A stretch of 50,714 nt of DNA from a virus. Its lineage: Duplodnaviria; Caudoviricetes. The stretch lies in the IMG/VR virus record IMGVR_UViG_3300048041_000073, positions 1-50,714 of that record; one strand, 5' to 3'. Shown here one piece after another: positions 1 through 8,893 of the stretch; within the stretch, counting starts at the first letter, position 1; each line of letters starts with the position of its first letter. The position numbers were made by a program, and so were the translations under genes. The notes under the pieces are model-generated. The model was not told the DNA's origin, did no database searches, and saw only the letters and a list, made by a program, of their open reading frames with translations.

Positions 1-138
1 TTGAGGTCGTTGGAGTTGCCGTAGACGTTGGAAGATGCGCGTTAAATGCATTAGTTCCTGTCCATGTATTACTGGAAGCCAAAAGTCCAGCAGCTGCTCC
101 AGACGCATCATAACTTGCATCGCCATAAGCCTTAGTGA
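1..138. repeat. Near-perfect terminal overlap with 50577-50714
   Basis: 138 bp identical except positions 11 (T/C) and 128 (A/C), both synonymous third positions in the fibre frame. Confidence 0.9.
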
Positions 139-2572
139 TGAGCTGAGTTGAGGTCGTAGGCGTTACCGTACTGGTTGGCAAATTAACGTTATAACTGTTT
201 GTCCCTGTCCAAGCGTTGGTACCAGATAGGCTGACACCTGAACCCGCAACAGCATAAGTTGCATCACCATAAGCCTTAGTGATGAGCTGAGTGCTTGTTG
301 TCGGAGTCTGGGTTGATGTCGGTAAGCTTGAGTTAAAGCTGTTCGTTCCTGTAAACGCGTTTGTCCCTGCAACTGTTGCAAAAGTAGCTTGTGAAACAGA
401 TGAAACAGTTGAAATACCACCCGAAACAGTGCTTAACAAAAGACCTGTAGACAAAGCACCTAGGTTAACTTCATTGGTTAGTGCGCCATTTGCTGTCGCA
501 ACTAAATACTGAGCGTTATTAGGTGCACCAGCAGAACCACTATTTGGACTCCAGAAAGCATTACCTGATGCATCCGATGTCCAAATATATCCAGCAACTG
601 CCCCTGTTGGAGCTTTGAAGCCTGAATCAATAATCATATTCCCAACAAAGGTATTGACTCCACCCCAACTTTGAGTTGCTGCTAAAGAGCCATAAGTTGC
701 ATCGCCATAAGCCTTAGTGATTAACTGTGTTGATGTAGTCGGAGTCACTGTTGATGTTGGTAAGCTTGAGTTAAAGCTGTTCGTTCCACTCCAAGCATTT
801 GTTCCCGCAATCTGCCCGAAAGTAGATTCTGAAACAGATGAAACAGTTGAAATACCGCCCGAAACAGTGCTTAACAAAAGACCTGTAGACAAAGCACCTA
901 GGTTAACTTCATTAGGAAGAGAGCCGTTCGCTGTTGCAACAAGATAAGAAGCGATTGTCGGTGCGCCACCACCACCACCACCTGCTGCCCAAGTTGCATT
1001 ACCCGAACTATCGGATGTCCACACATACCCAGCGACTGCGCCTGTTGGAGCTTGGAAACCTGAGTTAAAGACAACATTGCCTGTAAACGTATTGGTTAAA
1101 GAGCCAAAAGTATTAGAGCCATTTATTGTCGCAGCCATATTATTTACAGCATACGCAGGGATTGAGCCAGCTGTAATGTTCTCTCCAGACATATACACAC
1201 CACCGCTAAATGTGTTTATGCCAGCCCAAGTGTTATTTGCTGAAGTTGTTGCAAAAGTAGATTCGGGGATCGTTGTGAGTGTTGAAGCTCCCCCTGAGAC
1301 TGTGCTCAAAACAAGACCTGTAGACAGACCGCCTAAGTTTGTAGAGTTAGGAAGATCGGAAGCATTTTGTGTAACAACGAAATGATCATTTACAGATGGT
1401 CCACCGCCTCCGCTTCCATTTGAAGCAGCTGTTATACGTCCGAACGCATCCACTGTTAAGTTAGTATTGGTGTAACTTCCAGATGTGACAGCAGTATTAG
1501 GAAGAGCCACAGTTAAAGTACCTGATGATGTAATCGGACTTCCTGTAACCGTTAAGTTTGAAGAAGTTAAGCCTACAGAGGTTACTGTGCCCGTTCCTGG
1601 AGCTGTTCCACTTGAGGCTGCCGTGATACGGCCAAATTGGTCTACGGTTATATCGGCTAAGGTATAGCTACCTGGGGTTACAGCTGTACTTGGTAATTCA
1701 ACATCGATAGACCCTGACGAGGTAATCGGACTTCCTGTAACATTGAGTGTTGAAGAATTTAAGCCTACAGATGTTACGCCACCACCTCCACCTGATGCAG
1801 GTTGCCATGTCCACGCACCACTTGTTGCGTTTGTACAAGTCGGTATATATCCTACAGTTGCTCCTGCGGGGAACTGAGGATTTGCTTGGAAGATATTAAC
1901 ACCGCTAAAGGTTTGATTCCCTGCTAGGTAAGCAAAAGTTGATGGATTCACCGTAGAAACTGTAGAAATTCCACCACTAACCGTACTTAAAAGGAGACCT
2001 GTTGAGAATGCTCCCAAGTTAACAGAATTAGGAAGATCTGAAGCGAACTGACTTACAAGGAAATAATCATTAGGATTAGCGCCACCGCCTCCACCACCAC
2101 CTGTTGAACTGATGGTTAAATTAGTCTGTGACCCCGTATCTACAGCAGTAAGAACAACATCAGACCCTGTAATAAAGTTGATTGTATCTCTTGCTGAACC
2201 TACAAGAGAACCATCGAGGGAAACACGTACTTTTTGTACAGAAGTGTTATCTCCAACTTGTAATCCAATATCACCAGCACCATCACCATTTGTAACAAGA
2301 ATAGATGAATTAGAACCGCGAATCATTCTTGTTGCAATTGTATTACCCGCACCAGCCGCTAAAATACCATTTCCGCTAGCAGCAGCAGCAACAAGGGATA
2401 GTAATGCGCCAGTTGGTCTAACTTCAATGCTTCCGCCTGGTCCTGATGGCACTAATAGCAAACCTAAGCTAGAATTTGTAATTAAGTTAGAACTCGCTGC
2501 CAGACCATACGATGGATCTGTGGCCACTGGTATTGTTGTGATAAGTGGCGAAGTATTGGAATCAAAAGACAT
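1..2572 (-). CDS. Long repetitive tail fibre, N-terminal part (open at window edge; continues at 50576-49336, ~1270 aa if joined)
   Basis: Absent from the ORF track because it has no stop in the window. ATG at 2572 with GGAG RBS (TAGGAGATAATTATG). Reads MSFDSNTSPLITT...; contains fibre repeats AVTPGSYT.xITVDxFGRITAAS, YLVATANGxLxNEVNLGALSTGLL and LPTSTxTPTTSTQLITKAYGD; frame is consistent at both ends. Confidence 0.85.
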   Translation of the reverse strand, partial: MSFDSNTSPLITTIPVATDPSYGLAASSNLITNSSLGLLLVPSGPGGSIEVRPTGALLSLVAAAASGNGILAAGAGNTIATRMIRGSNSSILVTNGDGAGDIGLQVGDNTSVQKVRVSLDGSLVGSARDTINFITGSDVVLTAVDTGSQTNLTISSTGGGGGGGANPNDYFLVSQFASDLPNSVNLGAFSTGLLLSTVSGGISTVSTVNPSTFAYLAGNQTFSGVNIFQANPQFPAGATVGYIPTCTNATSGAWTWQPASGGGGGVTSVGLNSSTLNVTGSPITSSGSIDVELPSTAVTPGSYTLADITVDQFGRITAASSGTAPGTGTVTSVGLTSSNLTVTGSPITSSGTLTVALPNTAVTSGSYTNTNLTVDAFGRITAASNGSGGGGPSVNDHFVVTQNASDLPNSTNLGGLSTGLVLSTVSGGASTLTTIPESTFATTSANNTWAGINTFSGGVYMSGENITAGSIPAYAVNNMAATINGSNTFGSLTNTFTGNVVFNSGFQAPTGAVAGYVWTSDSSGNATWAAGGGGGGAPTIASYLVATANGSLPNEVNLGALSTGLLLSTVSGGISTVSSVSESTFGQIAGTNAWSGTNSFNSSLPTSTVTPTTSTQLITKAYGDATYGSLAATQSWGGVNTFVGNMIIDSGFKAPTGAVAGYIWTSDASGNAFWSPNSGSAGAPNNAQYLVATANGALTNEVNLGALSTGLLLSTVSGGISTVSSVSQATFATVAGTNAFTGTNSFNSSLPTSTQTPTTSTQLITKAYGDATYAVAGSGVSLSGTNAWTGTNSYNVNLPTSTVTPTTSTQLITKAYGDASYDASGAAAGLLASSNTWTGTNAFNAHLPTSTATPTTS
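99..740. repeat. ~640 bp intragenic duplication, copy 1 (copy 2 at ~49802-50443)
   Basis: Long identical runs, e.g. gctgttcgttcctgtaaa...gaaacagtgcttaacaaaagacctgtagacaaagcacctaggttaacttcatt, with scattered, mostly synonymous changes. Confidence 0.9.
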
Positions 2573-2581
2573 AATTATCTC

Positions 2582-3130
2582 CTACGATAAGGTTGTGACA
2601 GCAATTGGTGTTGATAACGCGCTTGTTCCCGTAACGTTGTTAGTGGATGCAACTTGAACAAGATAAGGAATGCCTCCAGCAAGACCCATAATTGTATACG
2701 GAGGTCCATCAAGGGGGACTGATGTGAATGCCGCGAATTGACTCGTGCATTGGACAATGTAGCTATTGACTGGGACAGGTGTATCAATAACCAAATCCCA
2801 TGAAACAGTGATTGAATTTTCAGTAGTTGGAGCAGAAACGACTAGCCCCGTTGGAATTGTTGGCAATTCTTGGCGTGAGAAAATCCTTGGATTACGAACA
2901 GGTACGGGGTCAGGCCTTAAGCGAGGGGGTACCAATTGAGGGTTTGGCTCGTCATAATCATCTTTATGAACCATCCAACCCGTCCAATATAAGCCCTGAG
3001 GTCCATACTGCATTTGCTTAACAAGTTGATCATGCATAACAGGCAAGCCCGTTACATCATCACGCGCCCAGGCTCTGATATTATCCCAATCTGCTTCAGG
3101 TATTTGACTTCTGTATCTTCCAAGTGACAT
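2582..3130 (-). CDS. Virion protein: small head-completion-like N domain plus C-terminal fibronectin type III domain
   Basis: FN3 pattern PT.PTGL.V...TENSITVSWD...YIVQ...YTIMGL..G.PYLVQVAS.N; located between adaptor and fibre genes. Confidence 0.7.
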   Translation of the reverse strand: MSLGRYRSQIPEADWDNIRAWARDDVTGLPVMHDQLVKQMQYGPQGLYWTGWMVHKDDYDEPNPQLVPPRLRPDPVPVRNPRIFSRQELPTIPTGLVVSAPTTENSITVSWDLVIDTPVPVNSYIVQCTSQFAAFTSVPLDGPPYTIMGLAGGIPYLVQVASTNNVTGTSALSTPIAVTTLS

Positions 3131-3132
3131 GA

Positions 3133-4203
3133 TTAATACCTATTCCTAGAAATAGTCATTTGAGATGTCACGCGCTCCGTATCTTCACCTAAGGCTTGAG
3201 TAGATGCCGTTATAGATGCTTGTAAGAGTTGAGCGTAAAGATTAGGATCAGTAACGAATTTTTCGGCTAATCTAACGGCTAATGCTGCACAAACCGCATT
3301 TAAAAAACGACTTGTTACAGGAAGCGAGTTAAAGAAAGAATCCATATCCTGAATAATTTGCGTATAGTTATAAATCAAAAACTGATATGAATTATTCGCA
3401 AAAGTATAAACATTTAAAGAAGGCGTTGCCGTTCTATCAAACCAATATTGCGTAGGGATTCCCGTTTGATTATTCGTATTAAATTGAAAGAATAAATCTC
3501 GACCACAAGGCTCCATAGGCTGGATTTGATAAGGAATTTGTAGCGATATCTGAGCAAGATCAAGAATCGCTCCGTTTGTTTCCCGAATCTGCCAATTTAA
3601 AGCCGTTATTGTATAAGGTAAAACATACCAAATAGGTATCTCGGGGTAGTAAGTTGTGGGCGGTGTTAGTAAGATTGTTTGCCATTGAGGATCGTTTTCA
3701 CCCTCTGTAATTGTTCCCGCAGCTGCCTGAATTTCTATTGTGTAGGTTTGAACGCTATTCGATAAAATTCCCACATATAAAATAGGTTGCCCTTGAGGGT
3801 AGATGTACCAAAAACTACCGTTTGCCGTTGCTAAAGTGCATTGTCCCGGTGTGCTTTGGAACAAAGATGCCGGTGTACCCGCTGCAACAACTGTTGAATA
3901 AGCTGTACCGCCAAATATTGTATTAGATTTAGCAGCGTTAACCTCCAAAATATCGGATAATAAAGGGGCTGGAAGCGAATACTTTGATTGCCCTGAAATA
4001 AGGGGGACTAATCCAGTTTGCACGGTAAAAAGATTTAGACCGTAATTTATCCATTCGGATAAGACGAAATTAAGGGATCTTAAGCCTGACTGGAAATCAA
4101 TAGGGTTAATTTTTGAGTTGGCAATCCCGCAACGCTCGAAAGCATCCCTAACCACATAATCGGCATCGATATTAGCAAAATTGTACTGGTTAGATGTAGC
4201 CAT
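3133..4203 (-). CDS. Putative head-tail adaptor/connector protein
   Basis: MATS..YNF...DAFERCG...LRSLNFVLSEWINYGLNLF N-terminus and TGIPTQYWFDR / RFLNAVCAALAVRLAEK C-terminus, which I recognise from podovirus adaptors; synteny downstream of the capsid. Confidence 0.65.
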   Translation of the reverse strand: MATSNQYNFANIDADYVVRDAFERCGIANSKINPIDFQSGLRSLNFVLSEWINYGLNLFTVQTGLVPLISGQSKYSLPAPLLSDILEVNAAKSNTIFGGTAYSTVVAAGTPASLFQSTPGQCTLATANGSFWYIYPQGQPILYVGILSNSVQTYTIEIQAAAGTITEGENDPQWQTILLTPPTTYYPEIPIWYVLPYTITALNWQIRETNGAILDLAQISLQIPYQIQPMEPCGRDLFFQFNTNNQTGIPTQYWFDRTATPSLNVYTFANNSYQFLIYNYTQIIQDMDSFFNSLPVTSRFLNAVCAALAVRLAEKFVTDPNLYAQLLQASITASTQALGEDTERVTSQMTISRNRY

Positions 4204-4213
4204 TTAAACCTCA

Positions 4214-4480
4214 CTAACGTCTAACGTTTTCCGCAAAATTAGCCATTTTTCTCATATGCGAATTTTTTGAATGCTCCGCTTTTTCTAAACGTGATTCAGG
4301 AATCTTTTTCCCTTGTGGAACTCCTAAGGCACGATGAAGTTCGCCACGGTGAATGTGTGCATCTTCAATCCAGTGATCATTTGAAACATTTTCCCCACCT
4401 TTATGTTGGTGACGATACTTGTTCTTATCAACGCAACCATCGTCATCCATTTGGTCTTTAGATGCTCTTGAGTGCCCCAT
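4214..4480 (-). CDS. Small basic His-rich phage protein
   Basis: WIEDAHIHRGELHRALGVPQGKKIP motif resembles small conserved proteins of this phage type; coupled to its neighbours. Confidence 0.6.
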   Translation of the reverse strand: MGHSRASKDQMDDDGCVDKNKYRHQHKGGENVSNDHWIEDAHIHRGELHRALGVPQGKKIPESRLEKAEHSKNSHMRKMANFAENVRR

Positions 4481-5232
4481 TAGACCCTAGCCCCTTGTTG
4501 TGTGAATGTTACAGTCATGCCACCAGTCCCGCCAAGAATCTGCGCACTTAAGACAGATAAAGGCATCTGGATAACGCTAAAAGAAGCCCAAGAATCAGGT
4601 CCTATAGGCAATGTTACGGGATAATTTGGGATATCTACCGAACTACTAACGAGTATGTTTTGATTATCAAGCGGAAAAGGAAACAAATTTTGTTCAAAGA
4701 CAAAAGTAGTTCTAACTAACTGATAATTAACAAAATTATTTACATTAAAGTTTGAATAAGTCGGAGTAAATTCAATTTCATTATCAATTACATTCGTAAA
4801 ACTAACAGTATATGCGGATGTTTTATTCCACATATCCATCATGACGGGATTTATATACCCCAGATTGCCAAGACCTATAGAAACTTCAACGTTATTTGCA
4901 GTGGTCATTATTGCAGAGTTTATAACGGCGTAATAATTTACAGATGCAGTCATTTCCCCTGCTGGGATATCTATAGTTTCATCAAGTATGTTACCGAAGG
5001 AATCTGCGCCTACGATATCAAAAGTTGCAGCATCTACTAGACCATTATTAGTGATCGTAATCTGACGTGTGGTACCTACGGGCATATTCATTGAATATGT
5101 AACACCACCCGTAAAGATATTTTGAAAAGGAATAGGGTTAGAAAAAGTTAAGGGAATACCTTCTACTGCAATCTGTTCAGCTGCAATATATGTTGTATTA
5201 ACAGGTTGCCAAATTACAGTAAAAGATTTCAT
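4480..5232 (-). CDS. Putative virion structural protein
   Basis: 250 aa beta-rich ORF inside the head operon, abutting its neighbours. Confidence 0.6.
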   Translation of the reverse strand: MKSFTVIWQPVNTTYIAAEQIAVEGIPLTFSNPIPFQNIFTGGVTYSMNMPVGTTRQITITNNGLVDAATFDIVGADSFGNILDETIDIPAGEMTASVNYYAVINSAIMTTANNVEVSIGLGNLGYINPVMMDMWNKTSAYTVSFTNVIDNEIEFTPTYSNFNVNNFVNYQLVRTTFVFEQNLFPFPLDNQNILVSSSVDIPNYPVTLPIGPDSWASFSVIQMPLSVLSAQILGGTGGMTVTFTQQGARV

Positions 5233-5240
5233 GCTAACCC

Positions 5241-6257
5241 CTATTGAGCTAAGAGTTTGACGTAATTATTCCAAAAAATAACATCTGGAGAATTAACGTT
5301 TGTTGAATATTGCACGCCAAATGAATCTTGTGGGACTTGATAAGGATACACATAGTTAGGTGTATTGTTCGCAATTCCCGTAGCGTTTTTCGAAACACCA
5401 TAAAAAGCTAATTCACTAGGATTTAGATTTTTTAAAAGTTGATTCGAATTGGCATCACTGGTTGGCACTCTATATGTAATCTCTAAAGAAGAAGGAAAAA
5501 CACCGTTAGGCACCTCAAATGTTCCTCTGGCATCCTGTCCAGAACCTTGAGGACTGTGAGTAGGTACAGGAGGATTTGCACCATTTGTTTCACGCCATGC
5601 ATTTCCTGTACTTATCCACTGTTCAATCTGAGCAGGCGTTAAAAGAAGTCCACTACTGTATGCAGATAGTATACAACCTGGATCTTGTAAGAAAAAAGGC
5701 AGCCCGATAAAAAGACTACTTTGTAATGTAACGGTTAAAATGTTGGATGCAGCGGGAACGCTCCATTGTGCATTTGTAATGATTGAAAAACAAATAGAGT
5801 TTCCAACTGGCGTATTCTGAGCAGTTCCTGCTACCGCTACATAAACCATTGTTAATGGCATAAAGTATTGGTCGTATCCGTTTACAGTTAGTGTAACGGG
5901 TTGGTTAGTGACTGCACCTCCGTTAGTTGTAAAAGTAAGCGCGAGAGATCGAGGGCAATCTAGTGCAAATACTGTCGCACCACCTGCTGGATATTGAACA
6001 ATTGGATTTTGTGCAGCGAGTGTAAAGTTCCCTAATAACTGTGCACCTACGTTCATAACTCCAGAAACATTATAATTTGCGAGTGGATTTACTCTGTAAG
6101 CACACATAACAGGCTGAGGAACACCAAAACCTCTATCTGTAACCAGCTTTGTTGTATCCCAAGAAAATCCGTTTGTTAGATAACTTGTATCTGTTCTAAC
6201 AAATGGAATATTTGGATTTTGTGGGTTAAGAGGATTGAATTGTGGATTTAAAGTCAT
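5241..6257 (-). CDS. Putative capsid decoration/minor virion protein
   Basis: 338 aa, directly downstream of the MCP, with a GGGGG RBS. Confidence 0.55.
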   Translation of the reverse strand: MTLNPQFNPLNPQNPNIPFVRTDTSYLTNGFSWDTTKLVTDRGFGVPQPVMCAYRVNPLANYNVSGVMNVGAQLLGNFTLAAQNPIVQYPAGGATVFALDCPRSLALTFTTNGGAVTNQPVTLTVNGYDQYFMPLTMVYVAVAGTAQNTPVGNSICFSIITNAQWSVPAASNILTVTLQSSLFIGLPFFLQDPGCILSAYSSGLLLTPAQIEQWISTGNAWRETNGANPPVPTHSPQGSGQDARGTFEVPNGVFPSSLEITYRVPTSDANSNQLLKNLNPSELAFYGVSKNATGIANNTPNYVYPYQVPQDSFGVQYSTNVNSPDVIFWNNYVKLLAQ

Positions 6258-6270
6258 ATTGACCCCCTAC

Positions 6271-7188
6271 TTAACCTTGTGAACCTAGAACAGAACGGAA
6301 GTTAATGCATCGGAATGCATAACGCTCAGAACCATATACACCGATGTTCTGGTTAGCTTGATCAACGCTGAGAGTAATTTGGAGTGTTTTGCGTTGATAG
6401 TTAACAAGACCGTCTTCAAAGTCAGTAAGAATAAACCAGTTACCTTGGTTAGCCATATAATGGCTTAGAACCCAACCATCAGATAAATATTGACCATACG
6501 TAATTGGGTTAACGGCGTTAGTTGTATTTTCTGGACGATATGTAGAACCAAATAGAGCTGTAGCAATAAACTGATTCTGTATACCAACCAAACAACGTTT
6601 TGCTTCAATCTTACGAGGTAAACCAGAATAATCATAAAACTGCTGTGAAAGAGCAACTAAATCTTCTAATGAAGTTTCGTTCAACTCAGCAGGATTAATC
6701 ATATTAGAAACAGTACCATTTGAAATCGGATGACTAAACGAACACATTGGTTGTCCGTCACCGAGTACGTACTGTGGATTTGTGCTACTAAACGCATTGT
6801 CAAATAAAGCAATACCGTTATACTCGGAAAGAATATTCAAATTCTCACGAATACCTACGACACCTTTAGGGAATTCATCTTGGTACAAGTTATCGTCAAT
6901 CGCTATACTTGTTACAGTAAATCCAACGCCCCAATTTTGGATACGAGTATTTGTAACATAGGCCTGATCTCCAACTGAAGCCATTGGCATCTGTGAGCCT
7001 TCATTGAAATAACCAGCACCATTTACTGTACCCATTTCAATGTCAACTTCGGCTGCCTTTATAGATGGCATAATCTTAAATATACTTTTCCACTCATTTT
7101 GATAATAAGGATAGTATGAAGTGATACTACTAGCACCTGGGAGTAAAAGTTGTGCCCACTGTGCGGATGTTGTTACTGAGGAAGCCAT
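6271..7188 (-). CDS. Major capsid protein
   Basis: Motifs LLLPG, GFTVTSIAIDDNLY, GDGQPMCSFSHP, LNETSLE, NWFILTD, ERYAF match a widespread aquatic podovirus MCP family (recognised by eye). Confidence 0.88.
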   Translation of the reverse strand: MASSVTTSAQWAQLLLPGASSITSYYPYYQNEWKSIFKIMPSIKAAEVDIEMGTVNGAGYFNEGSQMPMASVGDQAYVTNTRIQNWGVGFTVTSIAIDDNLYQDEFPKGVVGIRENLNILSEYNGIALFDNAFSSTNPQYVLGDGQPMCSFSHPISNGTVSNMINPAELNETSLEDLVALSQQFYDYSGLPRKIEAKRCLVGIQNQFIATALFGSTYRPENTTNAVNPITYGQYLSDGWVLSHYMANQGNWFILTDFEDGLVNYQRKTLQITLSVDQANQNIGVYGSERYAFRCINFRSVLGSQG

Positions 7189-7202
7189 TTATTTAATCCT
7201 TT

Positions 7203-7889
7203 CTAATAGACGCTTGGAGTTGGTGCACCAAAGAAGTGCGTATTTATTCGAACCACAACGACAGGATAAGGATCGGCCCAGCTTTGATTTGGAAAAGCAC
7301 TACTTTGTGATGCTAGACTTAAAACTTTACAATGACCTGCAAGAGTACCAGCCCCTAAAAAGGCACCTGATATTAGATACTGTTGAGATTGACCACTCGA
7401 ACTATTGGCACCAAAAAGGCTAGCTGGTGTTTGAACACCTGAAGCTCCGCCATTCTGAACAAGGTTCAGGTTAGCTCCGACAGCAGAAAGACCATTGGGA
7501 AACGGTGAGTTTGCTTGAACCAAAAATGTAGAGTTTGGAAGAGCGTTAAGAATAACGTTAACAGGTCCGTTATTAAAAACAGGCGTACCACCAGCCCAAT
7601 ATTTTGTTGTTGTGTAAGTGCCCTGTTGATTGAGGTACCAAAACCCTTCAATCTTACCGACAATGTAATTGGCAACGTTCGGGTTAACATATGCAGCTGC
7701 TGCAACAGCAGCTGGAAGCGCGCTTAATCCAGCATCGCCTGCTACTTCTGAAAACGTGACAACGTCCTGAAGACCTAAGCTTTGTGCTTTTCCATTATTA
7801 CTTAATTGATATGTTCTAAGAGTGAGTGCTTCTTTTCCACCTTCATAGGTGTTATAAGAAAGCCCGAAGGGCGTGAATGTTTGAGACAT
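7203..7889 (-). CDS. Conserved head protein upstream of MCP (cement/decoration-like)
   Basis: MSQTFTPFGL...VVVRINTH pattern; start at 7889 preferred over 7901 because GGTAGGT SD precedes it. Confidence 0.65.
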   Translation of the reverse strand: MSQTFTPFGLSYNTYEGGKEALTLRTYQLSNNGKAQSLGLQDVVTFSEVAGDAGLSALPAAVAAAAYVNPNVANYIVGKIEGFWYLNQQGTYTTTKYWAGGTPVFNNGPVNVILNALPNSTFLVQANSPFPNGLSAVGANLNLVQNGGASGVQTPASLFGANSSSGQSQQYLISGAFLGAGTLAGHCKVLSLASQSSAFPNQSWADPYPVVVVRINTHFFGAPTPSVY

Positions 7890-7996
7890 ATTACCTACCA
7901 TGATACAAAAATTATAAATTTAATTTTTGGACATACGCTCAAAGCGCACTCGCCATGGAAGGCGGTCATTATCTACCGTCCTAGGTAGGTAAGCCT
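7890..7996 (-). promoter_or_regulatory. Structured 5' leader of the capsid operon (candidate cis-regulatory RNA)
   Basis: GC-rich island with four hairpins and a 9-nt anti-SD (UUACCUACC) complementary to the RBS GGUAGGUAA. Confidence 0.5.
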
Positions 7997-8011
7997 CTTT
8001 TTTATTTAAAT

Positions 8012-8043
8012 AAAAAAGGTATATATCGATATATATACCCTTT
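8012..8043 (-). terminator. Putative intrinsic terminator
   Basis: Minus strand GGTATATAT-ATCG-ATATATACC followed by TTTTTT; overlaps the 22-bp palindrome at 7997-8018. Confidence 0.5.
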
Positions 8044-8066
8044 CTAAAAAAAAATAAATACTTAAT

Positions 8067-8885
8067 TTACACCATGTGTTTATAACCTGGATTACCGATA
8101 TAATTTCTATCTTGACCAGTCGTACTATTAAATCCAAAATTTTCTTTACCAGGCATTCTTGTAAGAACTTCTTTAAAACGATTCTGAATATTACGTGTTT
8201 TAGATTTGATTGCTTCTTCTTCGGCATGAAGTTCATTATCTAATTTACCTAGACCTAAACCACCACCTTCAACAATTCCAACTGAATCTCTAATTTCACC
8301 ATTATAATCTAAGAATGCTAATTCAGGTGCTTCCTCAGCACGAACCCATTCCCAACCATGGCACTCATGTCTTTTCATATTTTGTGTATCTGGCTTATCT
8401 CGAAGAGCCATACGAATCCATTTATAATAATAACCATCTTGCTTTACGCTTTCAGGAATATAAGTTTTACCAATAGAAACCGTATGCATTGCTCTTTTAT
8501 AATACTCAATACGTTCGGCATGTGACCTAAATTGTAATTCACGTGAGTTATTAATTCGTGTTCTTGGTTGGAAATCCTTAGTCTTATTTACTAATTCTTC
8601 ATTACCATATGGCATTGATGATTCGTGAATAGGATTAAAAGAATCACTTGTTGGAATATCCATATGATTAATTAATGGCACATTCATATCTTTACGAATT
8701 GTTCTTTGTAATTTAAAGGTTTCAGGTGCTTCCTCTGCTTCTTCTGAAAAATTATCTCCAAATTTATCTTTTAGTATTCTATTAACACTAGATTTACTAA
8801 TTCCAATAATTTCGGAAATTCTTCTACAACTTAAACCATCTTTACGTAATTCAAGTGCCATACGTTCTTTATCTAAATCGGCCAT
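8067..8885 (-). CDS. HTH-fused head-module protein
   Basis: N-terminal HTH ALELRKDGLSCRRISEIIGISKSSVNRILK; C-terminal DGYYYKWIR...GWEWVRAEEAPE domain typical of the gene near MCP in this phage type. Confidence 0.65.
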   Translation of the reverse strand: MADLDKERMALELRKDGLSCRRISEIIGISKSSVNRILKDKFGDNFSEEAEEAPETFKLQRTIRKDMNVPLINHMDIPTSDSFNPIHESSMPYGNEELVNKTKDFQPRTRINNSRELQFRSHAERIEYYKRAMHTVSIGKTYIPESVKQDGYYYKWIRMALRDKPDTQNMKRHECHGWEWVRAEEAPELAFLDYNGEIRDSVGIVEGGGLGLGKLDNELHAEEEAIKSKTRNIQNRFKEVLTRMPGKENFGFNSTTGQDRNYIGNPGYKHMV

Positions 8886-8893
8886 AATGACAC

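Noticed and set aside
1-138. True physical terminal repeat
   Set aside because: It lies inside an intragenic repeat and has mismatches; an assembly break is more likely.
99-740. Diversity-generating retroelement TR/VR pair
   Set aside because: No reverse transcriptase; differences are mostly synonymous, not adenine-specific, and both copies lie in one ORF.
163-2657. Short ORFs listed over 163-2657 and 49866-50702
   Set aside because: They are antisense or off-frame shadows of the long tail-fibre gene.
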